From Chrysemys picta bellii (taxonomy: Eukaryota), in the NCBI RefSeq assembly GCF_011386835.1, contig NC_088813.1, positions 13,578,001-13,642,000 of the forward strand: a stretch of 64,000 nt of DNA, given 5' to 3'. Positions 49,701-61,658 of this stretch are shown here, piece by piece. A program made the position numbers and the translations under genes. The notes beneath the pieces are model-generated. The model was not told the origin of the DNA. It made no database searches and saw only the letters and a list, made by a program, of their open reading frames with translations. Each line of letters begins with the position of its first letter. Position 1 is the first letter of the stretch.

Positions 49701-52700
49701 CTGCTAATGTTTGGGTTTCTCTGGTCTCTAGTATGTGACTAGGGCAGATACCTGGTACAATTAAATCTCTTCAAGTATTTAGCAGAAGTTTAATCTGTGC
49801 AGTTTACTGGATCCCTTGCCTCATAATTCTGTCAGATCTCTGCAAGTTTCATAACTTGAAGCACTCTTGAGGTTGTTTTTTATTTCTAGACCAGCCTCTT
49901 CAACATGATACTGCATTAAACAGCACAGCCTCTTCTCTCATTGGCTGTCTTGGTATGTTTTCACAATCCAGCAGTTCAGCTAGGTCAACATTCATGTGGT
50001 GTTCTTTAAAGGGTGCCGTAAAACTTCAACAGTGTCACCCCAAGGTGTCCCAAAGGGGATTATAACACTGCAGTAGCAAAAAATGGAAGATCCATGGATG
50101 CAGAGGCCTTGTATAGTACTAAAAACTGATCCAAATTCTAGTGTTAAAATGGTCTAAATCCAAACTGACTTCAGCTTGGCTCTGTATTTAGCCAGGTTAC
50201 AGATACTTGCTAATATGTTGCAAATTACCAGTGATGTCGTTAAGCAAACTACTACTTTCTCTTAAAATTCTTTGATCAGAAAACAGTCTTAAGGCTGCCC
50301 ACAGTAGGTACCATTCTGTCCTCCTGTCATAAAAAAAAAAATGTGAGGCCCTTATCTCAGTGGAGTTTAGGATCTTCTCAGCCAGGTGTAGAGACTAAAA
50401 TCTCCATTGTCACATTTCCTAATCCATAAGCATTGGGGCCTGTATGCTATGTTGTAAAGCAGCACTAGTACTGAGCTTGCATTCCTGACGGCAGTCTCAT
50501 TCTGAAAACTGAATTGCATCATACTGGTGTGACAGACATCTCCAGATTAAGGTGGTGATGGGGCTGGAGGCTGCTGATTCGTATCAGTGTGATCTCTTTG
50601 GAATTACTCATTTTAGGGCAAAGCATCCCAGGCTTCTAGTATCTTCATCGGTTAGAGCATTAGACTTTAGCTAGTCAGTCTAAACTTCTAGCTTTTCCTC
50701 CTTGGGCCCTGTGTTAATGTCACCTTTAATACCTTATTGCTTCAGTTTGGGGCTAAGATTTCATCCTTTTACTGTGTGGAGCTTGGGCTACTTCAGTTAA
50801 CCTAAGGCAAATAAGCTCTCTGCATTTGATGATCATGGGATGTATATATCCTCCTTCCATTTAAGACTTGACCTGTGCTTGGTGTCTTATATAGATAGGC
50901 GGTAGCAGCAGTCAGAACACACAGCAGCTGTCTGCACAACAGAACTGGTGCAGTGACTTCAAAAGAGCCATAAAGGAGGTGGAGCTCTTCATTAGAATCC
51001 TACTTTCCTTTCCTTCACTGGAGGTGCAGATCTAGTTTCTCTAGTAAACCTGAACTCCTGCTTGCCACTTTACCATATCTCTAATAAATGAAAGGTAACT
51101 CCAGAGTGAATAAGCCTTTTATCAGCACAGGTCTATGCAAACTCCAAAATAATCCAACTGAATATTTTTGTTTTGATACAGCCAGTGTTACAACTGATCA
51201 GGATTTTAAAATTCATTCTGGGGAGCACAGGAGGAGAAGAGATGGGTACAGCTGTCAGACCTCTAGCTACAATACTGGGCTGGAGTAAAGACTACTGGAG
51301 AGTGGATAGTATTTTGGAAACTTTCCTCATCAGTTCTGGATCCTTCCTTGGAACAATCCAGGGACCCAGAAACTGAAGATGTCTCTCTTTTTTTTTTTTT
51401 TTTTTTTAATTTTAGAAGCAAACTGTTACAGGCCCTAGGAATGGCCTTTTAAAAGGCTTATTCTGCTGCAGTAACAGTGCTCAAAGCACTAACCCATATG
51501 AAGCCAAACCCCGGGGGTGGAGCTGATGCTGTGTTCTGATTTTGTTTTTGTTTTTTTATCAGCTCATGTGTGGGTTGTGTTATGAAACCACTAGTGGGCA
51601 TGGCACAAAAAGGAGGAATAGTATGTGGTGGTTAGTTTACCTAAATCAAAAGTCTGGGAATGGGACTTCAGGATGTAGCCACATCAACAGCCAAGAGTGA
51701 TTCAACCTGTTTTGTCCCCCCCCCCTCCCCTCCACATTTCTTTTATAAAAGTCAAACAACTCTGGCTATTTTTCCAATGTGTGGCCCTTTAGAGGTACAT
51801 TATAGCTGTACCATGGTTGGTTGATAGGCCTTGTGAGGATACACACCTGACTCTAGTGTGGATTAGTATGATGTGTACAGATTAAAGAGATCTCTACACA
51901 TTCAGAGTTGAAAATGTATCGAAGTTTCCAACACTGTCATAGATACAATGCAAAATAAAGAGTCTGTTCCAAAGCTGCTCTAGGTGCTCAATCTGTCTGG
52001 ATTATTTTGAGTTTGTCAATGTGGGGCTCCTGGCAGCTGGGCTAAGATGTGCCAACACAATGTCCACGTATGAACAGAACATCCCACTACCAAAAAGCTT
52101 ACATGCCAATCTACTGGTAAAATCATTGCCAATCAATGAGTCACTAACTGCCAGGAAAACTCTCCAAAAGCTTGGATCTGCATAAATGTTCCATGTGTAA
52201 AAAGCTGACATGGGCAAAGGACCACTTTGCAGGGCAAGCACATTTCCCTCTGTCTACCAATAAATTTGAACTGTGCCAGCTCAGTCCTTGCCTATTACTA
52301 TATTGGGATCAGCCTGTCCTGCCTATTTCACTCTAACCCCAGAGCAGGAGGAGGAAAAAGTACTAATCAAAGCAGTCTTCAAACTCTGCATTCTGTCCTT
52401 TCCACTCAGCTGGGAGTGAGGTGCACCTGAAGGTCTGAGCATTCCTAGCTGTAGGAGACCATTTGTAGTAAGACTAAGACCAAACTAAAGGTAGTAAACA
52501 CTACTTTAACCATCCTATATCCCATACTGTTGCAGATAGCATGTAGGCAGTACTGTGGAAATGGAGAAAGGTCGCTGCCTCAACATGCTTACACTTTAAG
52601 TTACCCAACTAATTCATTCACAGGGGCAAGGTTTAATTAAACAGTACCAGGCATATATTGTAGATCATATTGGAGAAATTTTCACACAGGTTACCTGGTC

Positions 52701-52747
52701 CAGCAGTAATTAAGTGCTGGAGTTGCAATTTTCTTCCAACCTTAGTA

Positions 52748-53056
52748 CAGTAGAACCTCAGTTATGAACTGACCAGTCACAACACACCATTGGGAATCAG
52801 AAGTACACAATCAGGCAACGGCAAAAAAAAGCAAGTACAGCACAAGTACTGTGTTGAATGTGAACTACAAAATCTAAAAGGTAAGATTTTAAAAAGTTGA
52901 CAAGGTAAGGAAACTTTGTGCTTGTTTCATTTCTTCGGCATAGTAAAGTTTCAAAGCTGTATTAAGTCAATGTTCAGTTGTAAACTTTTGGAAAATCATG
53001 TTTTGTTCAGTTACAAACAACCTCCATGCCTGAGGGGTTCATAACTGAGGTTCCTG
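52748..53056. mobile_element. Tigger/pogo-like (Tc1-mariner) MITE
   Basis: TA|cagtagaacctcagttatgaac...gttcataactgaggttc. Confidence 0.7.
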
Positions 53057-53418
53057 GGCATCAAGTGTACACCTCAGCCTGCCATAGTTGCAGAACCAAC
53101 ATGTAAAGGGTAAGGAATGCAATTTCCACCTTAGCGAACATCAGTTTCATGTTTGGGGAACAGCTGCACCCTTCCCTACAAACAGCTTAACAGCCATTCA
53201 TATAACTCAAACTTCCTTTGTGTAGGAGCTAGGGCTACATGGCCTGGCCTATGTCTGTTTCCATTAGGTCATTTTTCTTGATTTTTATCAGCAGCACACA
53301 TTTGCTCCAGACCAAGGCTGCCCCTCTACCTGCCGTATAGCTTAGGGCATTTGGAGCTGTGCTGGGGTGTAGGTAAACTCTTAACATTAAGGTGGCAAAG
53401 TAGCCTCTGCCTGTCCTT

Positions 53419-53975
53419 TAGGATTGCCACCTTTTAAATTGCACAAAACCAAACACCTTTGCCACAGCACCTATCCCATCCCTTCCCTAAAGCCCCATCC
53501 CTACACTCATGCAGAGGGTTGGGATGTGGGAGGGAGTGCAGGTTCTGGGCTGGAGGCTTTGGAAGGGAGTTTGGGTGCAGCAGGGGGTTCTGACCTGGTA
53601 CAAGCTTGGGTGTGGGAGGAGGTTCAGGCTCCAGCCAGGCAGCACTTACTTCTGGTGCCTCCCAGTTAGTAGTGCAGCAGGACTAAGGCAGGCTGCCTGC
53701 CCTAGGTCCCTGCTGCTCCAGAAAGCGGCCAGCATGTCTGGCCCCAAGGCAGAGACGCAGCCAGGCAGTATTGCACACTGCAGGCGCTGCCCCTGCAGCT
53801 CCCATTGGCCAGGCTCCTGGCCAATGGGAGCTGCAGAACCAGTGCTTGGGGCAGGGAGAGCGCACTGCAAGAAGCCTGCCTTAGCCCTCCTGACTTTTAA
53901 CAGCCTGGTCAGCAATGCTCCTGGGAGCTGCCCGGGTCCCTTTTTGACCAGGTGTTCCACTTGAAAACCAGAGGC
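53419..53975. mobile_element. Degenerate non-autonomous DNA transposon (TAGGGTTGCCA-type ends)
   Basis: taggattgccaccttttaaattgcacaaaaccaaacacc start, GC-rich body shared in style with the element at 36675-37180. Confidence 0.5.
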
Positions 53976-54127
53976 CTAGCACCCCTGTCCTCCACCCACC
54001 TCGGTACTAGCCTGTAATGCTTGTCAAACACAATCAACAAAAACGCTGCCTTTACCACTCCCTAAAGCACGGGGGAGAGAACTAAACCTGCTGCTGAAGT
54101 TATGTCAAAGAGACATTACAGCAGCGA

Positions 54128-54747
54128 GGCTTGTGCATGAGGCCTCCCCTCACAGCTCCCCCACCCTGCCCCATGGCTTGTGCCTCCCTTTCCCTACCCC
54201 TGGGCTTGTCTCCCTACCCCCTCTCCTCACAGCTTCCCCCACCCCACCCCAGGGCTTGTGTCGCCCTACCCCCTCTCCTCACAGCTCCCCCACCCTGCCC
54301 CATGGCTTGTGCCTCCCTTTCCCCACCCCTGGGCTTGTGTCTCCCTACCCCCTCTCCTCACAGCTCCCCCACCCTGCCCCATGGCTTGTGCCTCCCTTTC
54401 CCCACCCCTGGGCTTGTGTCTCCCTACCCCCTCTCCTCACAGCTTCCCCCACCCTGCCCCATGGCTTGTGCCTCCCTTTCCCCACCCCTGGGCTTGTGTC
54501 TCCCTACCCCCTCTCCTCACAGCTCCCCCACCCTGCCCCATGGCTTGTGCCTCCCTTTCCCCACCCCTGGGCTTGTGTCTCCCTACCCCTTCTCCTCACA
54601 GCTCCCCCACCCCACCCCAGGGCTAGTGCCTCCCTACCCCCTCTCCTCACAGCTCCCCCACCCCACCCCCGGGCTTGTGTCGCCCTACCCCCTCTCCTCA
54701 CAGCTCCCCCACCCCAGGGCTAGTGCCTCCCTGCCCCTTCTCCTCCT
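54128..54747 (+). repeat. C-rich minisatellite (77-80 bp long and 51-52 bp short units) upstream of TXLNA
   Basis: Units start CCTCACAGCT at 54148, 54225, 54277, 54356, 54435, 54515, 54594, 54645, 54696. Confidence 0.92.
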
Positions 54748-54749
54748 AG

Positions 54750-55470
54750 TTTTCTCCCCCGCCGCTGAGGGCACGAGGAGGGGGCTCCTCCTGCCTGCAC
54801 TGCTTGCTTGCTCTCTCTCTCTCCCCCCCCGCCCTTCCTGTCGCGTTGCATGCCGGGAGATGTATTATCGCCCCCTGGCGCGAGGCATGCCGGGAGATGT
54901 AGTCGCACCGGCTGCCCGCCTCGAATGCCGCCGCTTAGCTGTATTTCCCGGCAGGCCTCGCGCCGCCCGCTCGCGGATTGGCTGGCGGGCCCGGCGGGTG
55001 ACGACGCATGCGCTCTCTGTACCCGCTCAGAGGCCCGGGCTGGAGGTTGCAACCGCTTGCCCCGTCCCAGAGCTCCGCCGCGGGGAAGAAGGGCCGCCGA
55101 GCGCCGAGGAGGAGCTGGGGGCAGTGGGGACCCGTATGTAGGGGGCTCTCCGATCTGCCGGAGTGCGGCCGGCGGCCGCTACTGATTGGCTGAGGGTAGG
55201 GAGCCACGTCAAGCTACTCGGCGGTGACGTCACGTGGTACGTCGGTGATGTCATTGCAGGGTAGGGGTGACATCCCTGCCTGCAACCTTCGGGGCAGAGG
55301 GAGCCCGCGCGGGAGGGGGGGGGGGTCTGTGAGGGTCGGGGGGAGGGGTCTGTGAGGACCAGGGTGCGGGGGGGGGCACGTGTGTGTGTGAATGGGGCAG
55401 TGTGGAATTGGGGCAGGGCTGGGTGCTGTGGGTGTTGCGGGCCAGGCGAGGGCAGTGCGGGGAATCACGG
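54750..55470. promoter_or_regulatory. CpG island promoter of TXLNA
   Basis: Dense CpG. ZNF143-type motifs, CTCF-like motif, NRF1-like ACGCATGCGC (~55004), two inverted CCAAT boxes, CRE TGACGTCA 55225-55232, E-box CACGTG 55231-55236. Candidate non-coding exon 1 donor CAGG|GTAGGG at 55261. Confidence 0.8.
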
Positions 55471-56843
55471 GGTATCTAGGGCAGCTGGGGGGGGGGGGGC
55501 ATAGTGCATAGCGCAGTGGGGGCTGGCACAGGGCACTTGCAGTGGAGCCTGTGGGCTCTGTAGAGTTGGGTGTGGCACCACAGGCCCCATGGGGTAGCGT
55601 AGTGGTGTGTGCAGAGCGTGGGATGCCACAGGGAGAGGGAGCGTTTGTGACAAAGGGGCCGTATGCACTGTGGGAAATCAGTGCTGCTAGGCCTGCAGGT
55701 GAGAGATGGGTCTATCTTGGTGCCTGTGCATGAACAGGTGCCGTGCTTGCCTGGCCCCCGTTACTTTTTAACTTCCTCCCCTGGCTTCACGTGGCTGGTT
55801 GTGCCCTGTGTTGCCCTCTGAGAAGAGGCATAGATTAACCGTGTGTAGCTATGCCCAAATTTGGGACACCGTTTTTCTCTTGTCATACGTAGGATCCAGA
55901 TTGTTCTGGGACAGATAAGCTGCCTGTGTTTCAGAATCATAAGTGTCTCTGAAACGGGAGACTGCAGGGTTGCTGCAGCAATTGCTTTTCTTGTCATCTG
56001 AGTGGTGAATTAGAGATTGAGGGTGAGAGAGAGAGTGTATCCCTGGAGGGGCATGAACATAGAAAGAAGGTGGAATTTGGCCTGCGTCTGTCAGTTGTGT
56101 TTCATGGAGCTGTTGATAAATCTCCTTGACCACCAGCTCTTCTTGGAAATTGCATGCTTTCCCTCCAGCCAAATGCGCCTGTTGTTTTAATGGACGCTGG
56201 CCCCTCTTCTGTCTTGAGGATCCTGATTCAAGATTTTGGCCTCTGTGCTTAGTAAAGGCAATGCATTCAATACTAGAGAGAGAGGTTCTCATGTCAGCCT
56301 GCATGGGCCCCTCTAGGCTAATGCTGTGATCCATGGAACCCATTTCCTGGTGGCTTGTGGAATGAAATGTTCTGAGAGCAAAGCATGAAGTGAGGGGTGG
56401 GGACCTGGGTCTATCAGAAGGCTGCGGTCTGCAGAATACAGAAGTGAGAGAACCATTTACTCCAGGGGTTTGGAGGAACAGTTTACTCAGCTGGAGGAAC
56501 AGTTACCCTGACGTGAACCCTTTATGGCGGGGGGGATAGCTTGGAGATATGGGAGGAAGGATGTGTGCGCTTTCCAATAGCAGAATGGGGTTAACAAAGC
56601 TGCTGTTGAGTAAGAGGCAGTGTATGAGTCTTACAGCTAGCAGTGGATGGGGAGGGTCAGGGAAGAACCTTGCTCTCCCAGTTCTGAATGTTTCGATCCC
56701 TGTTGATTTCACCTAGCAGTCAGTCTGTTGCAGGGTGGTGATTTCTGCTAAAATCCCATGAATCCTCATTTCTTAAAACTAAACTCGGGTGACATTTCTC
56801 TTTCACCAGGGTCTATTGAGACGGAGTGGGGAGAAAAGCCTTG

Positions 56844-57060
56844 ATGAAGAACCAAGGTGGGGAGAACAAAGCCGCTCTGCTGTCTGCTAGTCCTCCCAAA
56901 ATGAACAGCAATCTGGTGCTAGAGGAAGGAGACTTAGCCGAGGCAGCAGCACCCCCTGAAGCTGGGGACTCCCCAAGCCAGTCCAGGACATGCAACTCTG
57001 AGCCTTCTGCTGCTGGCAATGCTGAGAGCCTGACCAGTGAGGAGCAGCATAAGAATGAGG
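56844..57060 (+). CDS. TXLNA: TXLNA first coding exon
   Basis: Acceptor tttcaccag| at 56809, ATG AAG AAC CAA (MKNQ as in human), donor G|GTGTGT. 217 nt, phase 1. Confidence 0.8.
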
Positions 57061-58017
57061 GTGTGTTTCTGTGTTGAACTGAGTGGCCAAGTCTGGCTGT
57101 GGCTTTCTCTCTGGGGTGGCTGTTGTAACAAATTTCCATTCACTCACATGGGGGAGGCCTGTGGCTTTAGAAGCACAGTCCTGGGTTTCATATCAGGTGT
57201 GTGTAATGTCTGTATATGTGCAGTCCTAAAGTAGTAACCGTGTGTATGGGATGGTGGATACAAAGGGGTGAAGATGCATCCACCACTAGTTCTGAGCTGG
57301 CTGTATTGAATTATTTACTGTTCATCCATTGCTCTGACCTTTAGGACTTTAGAGTCAAAAAATCAAACAGACCTGCTTTACTGGGCATTATTATTAGCCG
57401 CCCCCTCACCACCACCACCCCCGAGCCTATGCGTTTGCTCTGCTATTGGTGCTATAGATATAACAAAAATAACCCTCCAGCTTGGGAAGCCCTCTAATTA
57501 AATAAGTAGTTGGTTGAAATGAACCCTGCCATCCACACTGATGACCAGTAAATTTGGGGTCTGGTGAATGTCCAATGGCTGAGATGACTTACAGACCTTT
57601 GCTGTCAGGGTGGCGCATAAGGAGAAAGTCTGACTCTGAGCTAAGATAGGTTCTAAACCATATACTTCACTCCAGGAGCGGATCTTAGCAGGCTGTTCTT
57701 ATGAAGGACAATGCACGTTGAGCCTGCTCCCAATTAATGTAGTGGGAGTTTTGCCAATGACATATGTTGGGAGCCTGGTCATGCTCCCTAGATTGGAAGG
57801 GAACTCAGCCAGAAGTGCAGCTCCATTGTCAGAGCAGCTAGTTAGAGACGCAGTACCCCAGGAGAGTGCATGTTGTTGAAAGTTTGCTGGCCCTGGTAGG
57901 AAGCCTTTCCGCTGCTCTCTGGTTATTACACAGGGCTACCGCCGAGAGGAGCTAGCAGAATAGAAATTGTTAGAGAAAGTGTCATGCTTTTGTCCTCGCC
58001 TCTCCTGTCTCCCACAG

Positions 58018-58356
58018 CTTCTCGTGTGGAGGAGGAGACAAAATCCTCCCAGCCTGCCATGTGTGATGTCTCTGAAGAGCTGAGCAGGCAGCTGGAGGAC
58101 ATCTTGAACACATACTGTGTGGATGCCAGCCAGGAAGGTCCAGGAGATGATGGTGGGCAGAGTGAGCCCGCGGAGCCAGACGAAGCAGACAAGTGCCGGA
58201 GCGAATCCCCCAGGAACGGCGAGCAGGAGCCAGGCTGCCCTGAGATGAATGGAGAGAAGGAGGGCTCCAAGGGGACCGAGGAGTTCCGAGCCAATGACGA
58301 GTGTGGGGAGCGTGATCAGAAACGGGCCCAGGAGAAGAAGAAAGCCAAGGGTCTCG
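58018..58356 (+). CDS. TXLNA: TXLNA second coding exon
   Basis: cccacag|...CDVSEELSRQLEDILNTYCVD...QEKKKAKGL(G)|gtaggg, 339 nt. Confidence 0.93.
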
Positions 58357-59152
58357 GTAGGGGTTCCCAGCCTTGGTCTGTGGCCAGCCTGGGGTGGGGA
58401 ACTTTCCTCCTGGGGCCTTCCATTTTCATAGTGATTTAACTGCCCTATGCTAAAGCCAGTGAAATAAGCATCCTAACCATGCACTGCATAGCGATGCTGA
58501 AAAATGACATGGCTCCGTGTGCCATAGGGATGTGAAGAAATATGCCCTGCACTGCTCAGGCACAGAGCAACCCTGAGCACTGACGGAGTGTCTGAATTCT
58601 GGGTGCACACAGTTTTGGGCAGGGCACGTACAGCTTCGCGCTTCGTGCCAGGCTGAGTGCACGGCTTCGGAGAACTGTCTCTTCTTCCCCCCCCCCCCCC
58701 CCCCCCCCGCCACGCTCTCAGTAAAAGAGAAGGATGCAGGTGAGATCCTACAGAGACCATCAGTCATTCCTGCATTTGGATGAGAAAGTAAATCGCCCTG
58801 TTTGATCTGCATAAGCTGGCAACAGGGGATTTCCAAATAGGGTAAGCGTGCAAAACGAGTGTGCAATTGCCCGTCTAATTTGCATCTACGTTTATTGTAA
58901 TTGCTTTAAAAATTAGGCATGAAATTGCACACACAACTATGCACTAAATGTCTTTCCTCCGCTGCATTTACCGGAGGTTGGGATGGTTTAGCAGTTAAAC
59001 CTGGACGTGTGAGTCCAAGACTCCCAAGTTCTATTTCCTGCTGAGCCACATGCTGTCTGTGTGGCCTAGGTCAAGTTGCTTATCCAGCCATCTATCTTAG
59101 TATTGATATGACCCCCCACTACTGTAATATCTGAGCATCTCATTGATTTAAT

Positions 59153-59248
59153 TTAATGTTGCATCTGAAGAAGTGAGGTTCTTACCCACGAAAGCTTATG
59201 CTCCCAGTACTTCTGTTAGTCTCAAAGGTGCCACAGGACCCTCTGTTG
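59153..59248 (+). mobile_element. Short Penelope-like insertion with 14-bp flanking duplication
   Basis: Same sequence as the right arm at 34859-34950. CTCATTGATTTAAT at 59139-59152 and 59249-59262. Confidence 0.8.
59161..59201 (+). ncRNA. Putative minimal hammerhead ribozyme motif (Penelope-associated)
   Basis: GCAU-CUGAAGA-A-GUGAGGU(UCUU)ACCCAC-GAAA-GC-UU-AUGC. Folded by hand only. Confidence 0.5.
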
Positions 59249-60075
59249 CTCATTGATTTAATGTACTTATTCTCATGGCGCCCGTGTGCAGATGGGGAAC
59301 TAAGACTGAGGCTCAGATCTTCAAAGGTATTTAGCTATAGAGCCCTGCAGCCTGACCCGAACCCCATGGGATTTGACTACAGGTGTTGAGTCCGGGTCAG
59401 GTAGGAAAACAACCAGACCGGCTCTGGTCGGCGCTCCTCCTGCCCGGGGGTCAGCACTCGGGTGGCTGCATGTCCTGCTCAAACTGAGCACCACCACCTT
59501 GCTGCACCGTGTGTGCTGCAGACTGGTTGTGCTGAGGAGTCACAGTGCACGCAGGCACTTGCAGCTGCCCCCACACTGGCCCCATGGGCCTGAGGAGCAG
59601 ATCCAACCCCCCGGCAGGAGATGGCAGTTGTGCTGATGCAGGTTCGGGAGTGGGGAACTGTTGGGGTCAGGTCAGGAAACAACCTGACCTTCTTGAGCTT
59701 ACGTCAGGTGGGCTTGGGTCTGGGTCAGGCTTAAAAATTAGGCCTGGGAAGATGTCTATTCAGGCACCTACCTCTCACTGAAATCAATGAGGTGTCTAAA
59801 TACCTTTGAGGACCTGGACCTAAGTAACTTTCCCGAGGTCTCACAAGAAGTCAGTGGCAGAGCAGGGAATTGAACCTAGGTCTCTGGAGTCCATCCTCCC
59901 AAGGAAACCACCCCAAACTAAATTACACTGGTGGCTCAAATTCATGTGGAGAATCTAGGAAGTGCATCCGGGATCCTAGCTGTGGTTTTGTGTGTATTTG
60001 GAGCAGGGAATGTAGCAGCTTCTGGTTTCCACTTGGGTGCTTCCCCTTTGTCTTGTGACCCAGAGCTCCGTGTGA

Positions 60076-60210
<135 letters not shown>

Positions 60211-60389
60211 TAGCACTACGCTTCAGGCTCTAGGGCGGGAGACGTCTCTCGCTGCCGAGGGAACAAGATTGTTTGGCGCCACAGGAGACAGACATGGCCC
60301 TAGGTTGAGGGGGACAGCCCATGCATACGCTGCAGTTATTAAACCTGGGTTATTAAACCTAGCTGCATTTTTGAACCCAGGTGTCCAGA

Positions 60390-60510
60390 GATTTTTTAAA
60401 TCCAGATTGGATATTCTTCTAAAAAATCTGCTCTAGAAATTATTTGGGGGAAGTTTTATGGCCTGTGCCATACAGGAGATCAGACTAGATTATCACAATG
60501 GTCCCTTCTG
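60390..60510 (+). mobile_element. CR1 LINE 3' end fragment
   Basis: ...tacaggagatcagactagattatcacaatggtcccttctg. Confidence 0.65.
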
Positions 60511-60880
60511 TGCAGCTAGAGCAGGGGATAATGATACCGACCCATCTCTCATGGAGTTTGTGAGGGTTGATTAATACTTAGCATGTCTACAGCACCTTCC
60601 ATGCAAGAAGCCTCACAGTCCCTTACAAGGTGGGTAGCCTCATCACCATTTTACAGGTGTGAAAACTGAGGCACAAAGAGGGGAAATCACTGCCCCAATA
60701 TCACTGACACAGCCACAGATGGGATCCAGGAGTCCAGACTCCCAATTTCCCCTGCACCAACCACTAGACATCACTCCCTCTCCACAATATAAGAGCTATT
60801 TTAATACTGGAAAGAAGCACGTGGCTATGGATTAGCTGTACAGGGAACGGCCTGACTCAGAGCCGTCCTCACAGAAATAA

Positions 60881-61549
<669 letters not shown>

Positions 61550-61658
61550 TAGGGCAACTGTACTCATTTACCAGAGTAAGGGCTTGGCTGTACCAGCCAT
61601 TGCCTACTGCCTGCCATTTGTTAGTGTGCTGACCTTGCACTGCTTCTTAGCTTGCACA

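Larger units (their letters stand above)
44360..51980 (+). other. Probable long KPNA6 3' UTR (end uncertain)
   Basis: Follows the stop, U-rich. AATAAA at 45965, 51083, 51954, 52259. Human KPNA6 is recalled to have a multi-kb UTR ending ~3 kb before TXLNA, similar to the spacing here. Confidence 0.45.

Noticed and set aside
44360-51980. miRNA seed matches in the UTR (e.g. TTTGCACA at 44831, TACCTCA near 48343)
   Set aside because: Expected by chance in ~7.6 kb. Meaningless without conservation data.
54131-55141. 336, 196 and 148 aa repetitive Pro-rich ORFs
   Set aside because: All three frames are open only because the C-rich minisatellite lacks stops.
55185-55208. ATTGG plus CCACG as an ER-stress element
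   Set aside because: Spacing is 14 nt and orientation fits neither ERSE (CCAAT-N9-CCACG) nor ERSE-II (ATTGG-N-CCACG).
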